NCBI RefSeq assembly: GCF_009834535.1
Contig: NC_045697.1
Span: forward strand, 81,780,001 to 81,844,000
Direction of reading: 5' to 3'
Length of the DNA stretch: 64,000 nt
Origin: Camelus ferus
Lineage: Eukaryota
Part shown: positions 28,600-40,589 of the stretch, one piece after another
How positions within the stretch are numbered: position 1 is the stretch's first letter
Layout: every line of letters starts with the position of its first letter
Made by a program: the position numbers and the translations under genes
The notes under the pieces: generated by a model
What the model was told of the DNA's origin: nothing
The model's input: only the letters and a program-made list of their open reading frames with translations
Databases searched by the model: none

Positions 28600-29500
28600 C
28601 ACTCATTCTAACCCAGAGTGTTGATTCTTGAAAGTCCCATTTGCTCTGTCTTCTCTTTCACAAAATTTTCATGATTTTCTTTCTACCTCATTAAGCCCCC
28701 CATTCACAGCCTTCTTTGCAGACTTGTTTTCAACTGCAATGCTATTGTAAATTGGGTCCCTCCAGGTTTAGACCTAGGAAGACTTCTCTTCACAACCTAT
28801 GTTCTCTCTCTAGATGATCTTACCCATATTCTTAGTTTCAAAATTGACTTACAGACAGAAAACTTATAAATGTATATCATCAGTTCTCATCTCCCCAGGC
28901 CTCATGATGGAAAATATCTGTCTGGCATCTCTATTTGAACGTCTTAAAAACATTTCACAATCAACATTGTAAAGCATAACCAAAAAAAGTTTACATTTCC
29001 CTATGTAAACATCTTGCACTGTTATCTACTAATAAAAGACATTTCCAACTACTCTTTTACACAAGACAGAAATTTAGGAGATGTTATTTGAGACTTTCTC
29101 TCCTTCTCTAGCCCTGCCAAAATCAAGCCCAGCATCAAATTCTATTGGTATGAACTAAATTATATTTATTAAATCTACCCATTTCTCTTAATAATATTTT
29201 CTCTGCTCCCTTCACTTCCCCTCTCCAATCACACATACAAAGTAGCCCAGATTACAAATTACTACCATGTGTTTTCTAGAACATTAGTATTTCCCAAATC
29301 CACTTTTCCCTCTTCTGTTTTATCTCCATTTCTGCATTCAGAATTCTGAAGTGCAAGTGTGATGATGAGACCAAGCCCTTTACTAAAACACGTAGATGGC
29401 TCTTCAATTTTCTTAGTCATAAACAAAAATCTTTAATATTTGCCTTATGAAATGCTGTGTGATTTGACCTCTACTTGTCCCCAGCACCTTCTGACATTAT
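28600..29500 (+). mobile_element. L2 LINE fragment
   Basis: ctctctctagatgatcttacccat, catctctatttgaacgtc, aatttaggagatg...actttctctccttc: pyrimidine-rich L2-type text. Confidence 0.6.
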
Positions 29501-29519
29501 GATACCATGATCAACACTA

Positions 29520-30380
29520 ATGCTTTAAATAAACTTATGTGTTGATGTATACTATACATTCATAAAAAAGGAATAAATCATGTCTATATCTAGATGATTT
29601 TTTATAAGGTAATTACACATAAACAAACAATGTTCTCGAGAAACAGAACCATAGAAATCCACTTCTAGGTCCAAGATCGAGTCACTCTTGCCTGGGGTGC
29701 CACTTTAGCAAAGTGAGCTTTCCTGTTACTGTAAATGCTCCTCTTAACCAGAAACACAATATAACCAGTCATTCCATCCACAAACAGCACGCGAACTCTA
29801 GGTTCTGTACTTATTTCCTTGCTCCTTGAACTTCCTTAAAAAGTCATATATGCAACCCCAGCCAATCATGCCATGTCTCTGTGTTGCTGCTTCTAACACT
29901 CTACAAAACTTGCTTATGCCCAAACATCCCTCAGGAAGAGCACTCCACTGCTTGGGAGGCTCTGTACTCCCTCATTCCATGGGTTGTTTTCTTTTGAATA
30001 AAAGATGTCAAACCCCTTACACAATTGTTTTATTTTTGTCACTTGACAGAACATCAAGTGAAACCCCAAAAAACTTCTCTTACTTTCTCCCAGACACCAT
30101 TTGCCTCTCCCCTAAAAAATAACCATCCTGATTGTTACTATGAGAGATTACTTTTCTCCATGTTGGAAATATATGTAAATCACATACTGTATGTTGTCTT
30201 ATTTTGTCTCAGGCATATTTTACTCAAGACAAGATTCATGTGTGTTTTATGAAACAAGTTTATTTATTTTGTAGATTGTGGATGGGTATTTGGATTGTTT
30301 TGATATTATCAGAAATAATAATATAACTAGCATTCTAGTACACATCTTTTGGTGCACATATCCATGGGTTGTGTTTGGAA
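29520..30380 (-). mobile_element. Ancient L1ME-like 3' end, split by a solo LTR
   Basis: gagaaacagaac / atcaagtgaaacccc join across the LTR; aaccatcctgatt, cattctagtacacatcttttggtgcacata. Confidence 0.6.
29650..30048 (+). mobile_element. Solo ERV1-like LTR (399 bp) with 4-bp TSD GAAC
   Basis: GAAC at 29646-29649 and 30049-30052; CCAAT 29862-29866; AATAAA 29997-30002; ends ...ttgaca. The 5' terminus reads CA instead of TG. Confidence 0.75.
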
Positions 30381-30397
30381 TTAAGCTGAACTATTTT

Positions 30398-30903
30398 TAT
30401 ACATCGAGGTTCTCTGGAGAAAGAGAGCCAGAAGGACATCTGTATATATGCATTATGTACGTAATTACAGGAATTGTATCACAGGGTTAGGGAGACCTAG
30501 AGATCCCAAGATCTGCCCCGTGTAAGCTAGGGAACCAGGAAAACCAGTAGTGTAATTCAGAGTCCAAAGGCCTGAGAATTAGGGGATGATGATTGAAGTT
30601 CCAGTTTCAGTCCAAAATCAACAGAACCAGGAGCACCACTGTCTGAGGGCAGAAGATGGCTGTATCAGCTCAAGCAGAGAGAGAGTAAATTCACTATTCC
30701 TTTGCCTTTTTGTTCTAGTTAGTCTCTCAACTGGATTAAATGAAGCCATTTGCATTGGGAGGGAGATCTGATACACTCAGTCTACTGATTCAAAAGCTAA
30801 TCTTTCCCAGAGACACCATCATAGACACACCCAGAAATAATGTTTTACCAGTTTTCTGTTTATTCCTTAGCCCAGAGAAGTGGGCACAGAAAATAAACCA
30901 TCA
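30398..30903 (-). mobile_element. MLT2 (ERVL) solo LTR, near full length
   Basis: ggttctctggagaaagagagcc start; gagtccaaaggcctgagaa; gacacacccagaaataatgttttacc...aaaataaaccatca end. Confidence 0.88.
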
Positions 30904-30949
30904 TTCTGAACAGTCATGTCTGAAAGAATGTTATTTATAGAAGATAACA

Positions 30950-32700
30950 TTTCCTCCACCGTGACTTATAGAAACTGTTCTGAGGCCACTGACTCTTCTC
31001 ATTCTAGCTCTTTCTAGTGTCACATCTAGTGAACTATTTCTTTTCTTTTTTAATATTTACCTCATTCAATTTATTCCCTGTACTACTATGAAAATTATGT
31101 GCTGTTTCTCTATCATTTTAATGGTATATACTTTAAAATAGCATTTTACCAAGTGTAATGTTATCAATATTCTTATACTCTGTTAAATAAAACAAAGTTT
31201 GTAGAATATTTAAATCTGATCACCTGTCACTCAAAATTACTGTCATACGTTATTTAAATTATGTTTTTAAATATACAAATTAGGCATAATTATTGCTTTT
31301 AAAGAGTCAATTTTTATATAGTTTTACCCTCTTACTTATCAATTTTCATATTGCATATCATAAAGCATCTCTTCTGAAATACTTTTTCTCCTTATGCAAT
31401 GAAAGTGTATTATTGATAAATCCTCTCATTTTTTGTGAACCAATAAAATATGTTCACTTTGCCCTTGCTCTTTAAAAACTAGCTTCTCTTGATCTAAACT
31501 TTTAAACTGATAGTACATAGGACATATTTACTGTCAAATGTGTGTATATATGTGTGTGCATCTGATTCCTCTAGGTGTTATTGAAAAGAGCTGTCTCTTT
31601 TAGCACTTTTAAGTTTGTAGGTGAACATTTTTCTCTGGCTACTCTTTTAGCCACTTTGTTTTGGTGTTTTTCTTTAAATTTCATTATCAATTTTTTATTT
31701 CATTTTGTACATCTCTTGGCTATTGTGAAAAAGTTTAACTAATATCCTTTTAAAAATCATCCTTTTGTCATCTATTATCTCCTACTAGAATAACATTATT
31801 ATGTTTATGCACTTTCTCACATTATCTTTCATGTATCTCAATTTCATCATATTTTTCTAATTATATATCTGGACTATATTTTTAATGTCTTTACATCTTT
31901 TTCAAGTTCAATTAAGTTCATGATTGTTTCTTCGGTTTATTAGGTGTGCCTTTTAAAGAGTCTGTTTTGTTTTAATAGCATGTATTATACTCTTTACATC
32001 TAGAATTATTTATTTTTAAAATCTCTTGGACTTGTTTTGTAATGCTTCTTTTTAGTTTCTCGCATAAGTTTTTCATTTGGTTTTGATTCATATAAATTTC
32101 ATGTCTCTTGTATTCTTTGTAAAATTCCAAAAGCAAAGAATTTGTTTTGTTTTGTCGTGATCTGCTCTCTCTCACTCATTGTTCTCCTTTGAATGTGCAG
32201 TATGTGTTTTGACACAAGTTCAAATGCTTGGGAAATTAATCTACACTCTTTGAGATCTGGTTTGAGTATGTGGTTTTACAGAGAGAATCTGAAAACACTT
32301 CTTCCAGTTAGTTAAGTGTACTAACAGCTCAAACAACTTTAAAGAAAAATGTCCACATGAATTTTATTGTTAAATAGTTAGCAAAAGAAAATTTAATTTG
32401 AGCCATGCTATTATAAAAAAGTTGTCCACAAATTAAATACAGATTTTTTTTACTTCTGTTTAATATAAGAATCAGGACAGGAAAGATTCCTTTATTATAT
32501 ACTTTTCATAGTGGGTTTATTTTTCCTTCAGTTTTACAATAAAGATGTCTCTCTTTGTGATCGTACTTTTATAAAAATTTCCCCTGTTAGATTCCCTAAT
32601 ATAGGCTGATATTATTTTCTGGACTATTTTCCAGCAAAGACTTCAAAAGACATGTCTAAATTAACTAGGGTTTATTTAGCTGATATCCTGAGGGTGGAAG
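30950..32700 (-). mobile_element. Very old L1/HAL1-like remnant
   Basis: T-rich antisense LINE-type text similar in style to 1250-3175; family not resolvable by eye. Confidence 0.4.
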
Positions 32701-32714
32701 CTGGCTATGACACA

Positions 32715-33130
32715 GATAGACAATACTGCACCAAATATTTTTGTTCTCCTTATACAACAAAAAATTGTTACTGGGATATTATCGATCAGTGAGGATCCAC
32801 ATTATTTTTGTCCATGTAAAATTATTTAGGTTTGGCTCTGCGACTAAATTCTGTACAACAAAATATGTAGAGAAGTTACATGAAACTCCCAGATCTAGAT
32901 TTTAAAAATCTCCCACGCAGTTATCTAATTATTTTCCTCTGTCTCCTAGGCCAGTGTCCATGTGCTGACAATGGCAAAAGCACAAGATGCTAGGAAACTG
33001 AATCTCTGAATCATCACCTAAAGCAGATATCACTGATTTAACTTTTCATAAACAATAAGTAAACTTCCTTAAGTCACTGATGTTTTATGTTTAACTCTTA
33101 GAGTACCAACATCACTTTATCTAATTCATA
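32715..33130 (+). mobile_element. Old MaLR/ERVL LTR fragment
   Basis: gcgactaaattctg, cacaagatgctaggaaactgaatctctgaatcatcac, taaacttccttaagtcactga. Confidence 0.5.
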
Positions 33131-33269
33131 AATTGGTCATTTGCAGTGTTATAATGACACATGTGGCAATTCCTTAATGTTAGGTGACAGCTGCTAAGAT
33201 TCATAGAACACATTGGTCAAGGCTTCACAGAACACATAGGCCATAAAATTAGAACAAACAGAGATCTAC

Positions 33270-33690
33270 TGTGGTAGTCATTATTGGTGTTCCCCAATAT
33301 TTCTGTCTAACTTCTTATCTACAAACATATTTTGCACATTCTGGTCCCTTGTAGTCTGAGGAGGTTCTGAACTAATCCCATCCAATGAGCTACAGGTAAA
33401 AGTGACATAACACATTGGGGTTAGAGCATTAATTCGATTGTGTTAGATCCTTCAGAGTTGTTTTGTTTTGTTTTGTTTTGTTTTGTTTTGTTTTGTTTGC
33501 CGCAATGACTAGCAATCTTTCTGGTAGTAGCTGTGTTATCAGCTTTGATTCCTGAGTAAAGACGTTGCAAAGCAGAACTCATAATCATTTGGCATGTACT
33601 ATTAGTATAATATAAGCTTTCTTTTGTTTCATTCCATTGTGGTATAAGGTTGTTTGGTTCTACAGCATAATCTGCAGCATACTATGCTAA
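33270..33690 (+). mobile_element. Old MLT1 (H/I/J-like) LTR
   Basis: tgtggtagtcattattggtgttcccca start; ccaatgagctacaggtaaaagtgaca; ggttgtttggttctacagcataa end. Confidence 0.65.
33460..33498. repeat. (GTTTT)n microsatellite
   Basis: Directly visible. Confidence 0.97.
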
Positions 33691-36600
33691 ACAATGCTCT
33701 CTGTGCTTTAACTGGAATGTAAATTAAGTGGCTACCAAGTTAAAACTCTAGAAGAACTTAAAAATAGTATCTTGGAAGGATATTAGTGGCAAATATAGCT
33801 GCATTTAACAACATATTAGATTTTTAAAAAATTGTTGAGGTCAGAAGGATTTGGTTTTCTACAAGCCAAAATAAAATGGAATAGAGTGCAGAAATTGTGT
33901 GCCAGCAGAGTTGCAAAAGGTAACTGATTATAAACTGAAAATGTAAGCAATGAACTCCAAATCCTCAGTGAGTGTCCATGTGTAAGGAGCATAACTTCTA
34001 GAACTACTACATGGAATTTATTACCAAACACTTGCATTGAGCTGTTTACACAAAAAACCTAACTTCTAATGTTTTCAGTCTTTGAGATTTCAGGTTTGTT
34101 AAGCAGTTAGTTGATTCTAACATACTAAACCCCTTTATTACTGTATTCTTCATTTTTTGCTTCTAATTATTTCTTATTATCTTGCCAAAAAGCAATACAT
34201 TTGCAAATATACCTATTTCTACATTAACAAGTTTTTCCTCCTACCGGGAGGATTTTCCAATGGATATAAATCATCATGTTAACGGAAATAGAAATCTGTT
34301 CCTTCAGATTTTAGCAAATAATCCTTGATTTAGGGAAACCTTCTCAAGTTTCACTATCTGACATTCCATTCCAGTGCAGCAATTATGTAAATTTAACTAA
34401 ATCACTTACAGTTACTATTATTTATATTTATTTAAATTTACCACCTTTCTGGGGGGATATTTAATTTATTAATTACCAATCTATATCACTATACTCTAAG
34501 ATTAAGGAAGCTGATGTTTAATTTACTTTTTAAAATTTACCTCTGTTTCTGCTGAATCTAGTAGAGTTCCTAAAACATGGGAAGATAATAAATATTTATA
34601 ATTACTATTATATATTATTATCTCAGTTAACTCATTTTTATCATTATTGCACTTATTCATATAAATTGTTTAAACAGTTTAAGTACAAGAAGAGGGCTGT
34701 ATGGAGATTCCAACCTCATAATTATGAAAGTATTCACAAAAATATTTTAAATATTTTGAATAATGCCAAATAATGCCAATCATGATATCAAAATCAAAAC
34801 ACAGTTCAGTAAATATCTATCTGCCACACCAGTGTCCAAGGCAGTATGTAGAGACTTAAGGAGATAAACCATACCAAATGGGAAGACTTAGCTTCAGATA
34901 TCAATTTAATTAGGTAAGTCAAAATGAGGGTACAGTAACTCTTAACCAAAGCAGAACATAGCAGGTAGCACTGGATTCATACAAAATGAAAGAACATATC
35001 ATTGCTCATCTTACTTGGACACTTTTGTGAGTAAAAGGAAATGCTACTGATAACTACACTGGTACAACACGCATAATCTGGGACTGGCCCAAGTTAACTG
35101 GAAGCTGTATATTGATTTATGATATCAGCAGGGAGTAATAAAAGAGTAAGAGTCCTCCTGGGAATACGAAATTTGGGAGCTTTTCGGGTGGTTGCTGGTA
35201 TTTGACTTAGAAAAATGAGTAGAAGTACTAAAGGTAAAAGTTATTATAGGCACACAAACTAGCACAAGAAAAGGCAATTTAGCCAAAAAAATACAGATTT
35301 CTATGAGCAAAGAAAAGGTTTCTTTAATATATAAAGATGGATATTTTTACAAAGCTTCCAATCCTGACAGAGACCAATATTATCCTTATTTTAAATTTGA
35401 GCAAATAGAGAAATTAAAGCTCATGCACAAGTCTACACAGATATTAAACTGCAACACTGAATTTCAGTCCCAGTTAAGATTTGTTTGACACTAGAATACA
35501 TTGTATGAGGAAACAGTACAGGGGGTGATGAATCTGAATGCCAACTTAGGGAAATAATACATAATTTTATAGGCAATATTAATTCACTTAAATAAGATTA
35601 GAGAAATGACATGTGTTTTCAATAGCAAGATAGTCACAACATGCTATAGCGTACTGAAATTATATAAGATATTTGTATTGAGGGTAAATCTTAATTTTAA
35701 AATAGCAATATTCTAATTAGACATTGCTGATATTGTGGGATTTGTTATTTCACTTTTCTCTGGAAAAAATATGTTCAATCAGTACATGCTGCAGATGCTA
35801 GTGCTGACAAGCAACAATTACTGATAAGTCAGAGTAAGGAACACTCCTCTGTTTATAGCCTCCTGTATGCCTCATACAACACTATATGAACTAGATAAAA
35901 TTTATGTCAACGTAATTTCTCAAAATGACTAAGAGTTTGGTGAATGTCTTTGACAGTAACAGAAAAATAAACTTACATGAAAAAGTGCATTTAAATGACA
36001 ATTAGATAATTGATCTTGAGATAATGTATGAATTGACTTAAAATATCAACTTTTGTTCAAAGGCTTCAGAATCACAACATATATTTTCACATATTCCTTA
36101 AAGCAGTTTCTTAAAGTGTGCAGCTAGACCATTTAGTTGAATATATATATGAAAAGGAAACAAAATCATTTCTAGGTTACAAAGATAATTTTCATTTAAA
36201 AATTTAGGTGTGAAAGAGTATTCACATTAAAAGCATGCAATGTACCACTGTGGAAGGGTAAATATCCCTTACTTCAATTTTTCTAATTACCTATACTTTC
36301 TCTTACTTTCATTAGCACTGGGCTAAAGAGACTTTTAAAAGGAAACTTGAGTTATCGTAATCTGCAGTTATTTTCTTCCCATACTTTTCACAATATGAAT
36401 GTCCTTTTTTTTTGCTGCCACATTTTGTGGTGCTCCGAAAAATCCTAAGAACTTGCTCTGTCCCAGTGGGAGATGCCTGAGAGCATACTGATTGCATCTG
36501 GAACGTAGTCACACATTACTTAGCTGGAATGCTTTGACTGTATTCCCTCATCATAAACATTTACTCTGATCCCCTAATTTTTTTTTAACTTTTATAACTT

Positions 36601-36949
36601 AATATTACGTAATAAAAGTTGCTATTTGCTGTCATTTTCATTTCCTCACATGTCAGGCTATCTAGATTTTTAAAAATTTACATGAATATAACATTTCCTT
36701 TGCTTCCCTGTTTTTATAATTCCTGTTCCTCCTTGACCAGTGTTTATCCTAGACACTCTTCTGCTGCTCAGTTTCATAAAAGCAGCTTTACTGTGACCTC
36801 TGGAATGTTCTGTACACATTTTGTCTAAACATTTCTCCATTTCACCCAGTCCCCCAGTAGACACCTGTTCATTAAAAGTTTTATTTTCAATTATGCCAAT
36901 ATCACATTGATATGCATATAATACATACACTTAAATGGTCTAAAATATG

Positions 36950-39400
36950 TGTTTTGGCATCTCAGAAGGAGATGATAAAGAGAATGGGACACAAAACAAT
37001 ATTTGCAGAATTAATGACTGAGAATGTTCCAAAAATGATGAATATCATGACCAACAGACTCAAGACGTTTGGTAAACATCAAATAGGATAAATGCAAACT
37101 GAATCACATCTAGTTACATCATAGTTAGAAGCTGAAAATCAAATTGGAGAAGGAAACCTTGAAACTTGCCAAAGTTAACGGACACAATCATCAAAGCAGA
37201 AACAGAAAGACTACTGGTTTTCTTAACAGAAAATCTGAAGGCAAAGACAATGGAATGATGTCTTTAAAATGCTGAAAATAACAGTAACAATATCAGCAGC
37301 AACAACAACACTTGCACATTTACCAAAGTAGAATTCTGTACCTACAAAATAGCTCTCAAGTGAAAGTGAATGAAGACATTAAGAAACAAAAAGAAACAGC
37401 AGATTTGTTTTTTTTTTTCAAACAGGTTTCCATCACAAGAGAAGATACAGAAAGTTCTTCAGGTTAAATTCAGTAATTACAGATGGAAGCACAGAATTGA
37501 AGGAAGAAATGACATGTGCTAAAATAGGCAAACATGTAATTAAATATCAAAGTATAATGATGGTTTATAGCAGTAATTATAATATCTTGTGGGTTTTTTA
37601 ATACATAGAAATAAAATTTATGACAAAATAATGGAAAAGAGAGAATGGGAAAAGTAGAATTAAACTATGTTAAGTTTGTTATAATAAATGAAGAACGTAA
37701 CCTAGAATAACCAATAAAATACTTATACAAGTTTGTACATCAAAAATTAGAAAAAATATGCAATACTGAAAAAGTTAAGAAATGAATACAACAGCTAAAA
37801 ACAGGTAGGACAGAATAGAAGAAAAAAATAGAAAATGGTAGATTTAACCCACCTGTTCTAGTAATTTACACTCATTATGAAAGGACTTAATCCTTTTATT
37901 AAAAGCTAAAGTTTGTCATACTAGATAAAAACACAATATATTCAAATTCATAGTATACATACTTTAAAAATAAGGACACAGCTATTTAGAAAGTAAAAGG
38001 CTGAAAATCCTATCCAAAAGAATATTTAAATGTCTATACTAAAATCATACAAAGGACATTTAAATGCAAGAAGAATTAGAGACACAAAAAGGCATTTCAT
38101 AAAGAAGAAAAAAGGCCAATCAACAGGAAATATACTAATACTATAAATACAAACATGCTTTTTAAAAAGGGAACATAATAGTAAGAGATAGGTAAACCAA
38201 AACATAATTAGATGTTTTAACACACTTCTTTTAGATAGTGGTAGTAACAAAAGGAAAGATCAGTAAAGACCATGTCAAGTGTAATGTATTTTAAAAACGC
38301 AAATTTGTCTTGTCATTTGCTAAATGATATTACACTAATGGAATAAAAAACAATCCAAAAAGCCACTGAAAAAAGATCTGGTATATTTCAGTACACATTA
38401 CGATAAAACACCCAGTAATCTAGAACTAGAAGCAAATCTTTCCAAATTTATACAAAATTATCTACAAATAACCTGTTGGTATCTTATAATTAATGGTTAA
38501 CTATCAAAGTTGTTCTCTTTTTTGAGAATAAAAGACATAAGGGCATTTCTTCATTTTTTGGTTCATTATTATAAGGTAATTCCTAATCAGTATAATAACA
38601 CCAAATAAAGATTTGAAAAACAAAGATTTTATGCAATTGTCATGATTATATGTAAAATCTTAAAGTATCTATAAAATGAACTATTAGTAATCATAAGTGA
38701 ATTAAATGAAATTGCTAACTACAGAATCACTACATATAAATCAATTGTATTTCAATATACTACAACATAAAATTGAAAATGCAATTTAAAATATTTCATT
38801 TAAAAGAACCAAAATATAATAATTATTAAAGTATATTCAAATACATTCAGATCATGTTGCTGACAGAAATTTTAAGACTTAAAAGCAGTTGTATAACGTA
38901 AGTCCATGATTAGCAACTAAGTTCTTAAAAATACCAATTCTCCCCAAATTGTTATATTGAATCAACACAATCCCAAATAGGTTTTACAGCCTTATTTTTG
39001 CGAAAGTTTACAAAATTATTTTAAGGTTTATATATAAATAAAATATTTGAGAATAGCCTAGATAATCTTGAAAAAGAATCCAAGTTGGAGGATTTATCCT
39101 ACCAGACTCTAAAACTTTCTATCACACTACATTCATTAAGAGGGGGTAATTTTGATGTGAGTACAAAGAGATGGAATCAAATAGGCTGTTCAGGAATAGA
39201 TACCATATATACCCGTCAATTGTTTTTCTGACAAAGATACAAAGAAAAATCACAGGAAATGGTTAGTAATTTAAAAAATAAATTAAAAAATAAATGCTGC
39301 TGGGACAATAAATAACCTTAAGAAAAGATAAAACAAAATGTGGTCTCTGTATCATGTATATCATATCAAATAATAACCTTTATTTTAAAAGCAAACCCCA
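36950..39400 (+). mobile_element. Ancient L1: ORF1 end through internally deleted ORF2
   Basis: cagaaggagatgataaagagaatggg...aatatttgcagaattaatgactgagaatgttccaaa (ORF1 type); aattctccccaaattg, aatagcctagataatcttgaaaaagaatccaagttggagga (ORF2 type). Confidence 0.8.
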
Positions 39401-39709
39401 TCCAGAATGATTATTAAATACGAATATGTATTTTCAAAATGTTTTTTTATGCTAAAATGGCATTTATGCAGTCACTTATATGTTTGTGAAGGGCAGTACA
39501 ATTTTCAAGTTTCTGAAAAACACGTTTTCATGATTCAGTGGCCTAATAAAAAATTCCTAAAAAAAAAAACCCCAGCAAAGCCATTTTCTCTTCCCTGAAG
39601 AAACGGCCTCTGTGGTTTCTTTCGTTCCTTTTCCACAGAATTTCAAAAGTATTACTTATGAACGTAGCTAGAATAAGGAAAGCAGAGGAAGAGTGTTCAC
39701 TTACCCAGA

Positions 39710-40125
39710 GCCTCGTGGGACAAGGTCCTGAAGAAGACTGGAGGGCCGGCTGACGCCAGGACTCGGGCGGAGGGGCTGCCGGGCGCGCCTTCCGCATATC
39801 CTGGTCCTGCGGAAGCTCGCTCCACCCGTGCCGCCCGCGCGCAGCCGCAGTTGTGTTCAGGACGCAGCTTTCGAGAAGCAGCGAGGCGCGGAAACCACCT
39901 GGGCCGGACATACGGGTAACTCAACCCCGTGAAGGCCTCTGTGTGAAGAAGTCAGATTCCGGTTGGCGGGAACAGAGATTTCCCCCTCTTGCAGCACCGG
40001 AAGACCAGCCTCCTACGTAAGTCCCCTTGCTTATTAAAACCTAAAACCGCCAACTACCAACCTGGAGCGACTTGCCTCTTGGGTCTTGGGTCTCGTCCCT
40101 CCACAGACGGGGGTCAGGCCCGAAC
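39710..40125. promoter_or_regulatory. Small CpG island, candidate bidirectional promoter
   Basis: About 34 CpGs by hand count in ~410 bp within a CpG-depleted window; GC box gggcgg 39765-39770; ETS-type cggaag/ttccgg sites at 39789, 39810, 39957, 39997; donor TGG|GTAAGT on - (39704-39699) and TAC|GTAAGT on + (40017-40022). Confidence 0.7.
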
Positions 40126-40589
40126 TTCACCTCAGCTCCACAGACTGAACCAACAAATCCTTCTCCTTCAAGAATCAAAATGATTTTTGAAGTGTTTCTG
40201 TTCTTGGCTTATTTACGAAAGGAGTTCTGAGTTTTCTGAAAAGTCTATTTATAGAATAAAACTTATTCTGCATATTTAACATTTCAGGTGGGAATTTTTC
40301 TTCTCTTTGAGGTTTCAAATATGTCTTTTTGAGTAGGAATTTATAAACACTGAATTATATGTTGAAATTTAATTTATTTTAACACTTCCTATTAATAGAT
40401 GAAGTAAACTATATTGGGAGAAAAAGGGTGAAAACTTTGCCCAAAATAATCATTTAAAATCACAACAAATAGTTAACTTCATATATTGTTGATAATTATG
40501 GAATCATATTAGTATCCTGATTTTTCATATCTAAGTCGAATATTCCTAACAGTTCAACTTACTTGTGTCCTGCTATAATGTAGAAAAAA

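Noticed and set aside
36312..36512. 66-aa - strand ORF near a GTAAGA donor as exon 2 of the island's - transcript
   Set aside because: No convincing acceptor, a non-ATG start and no recognisable homology.
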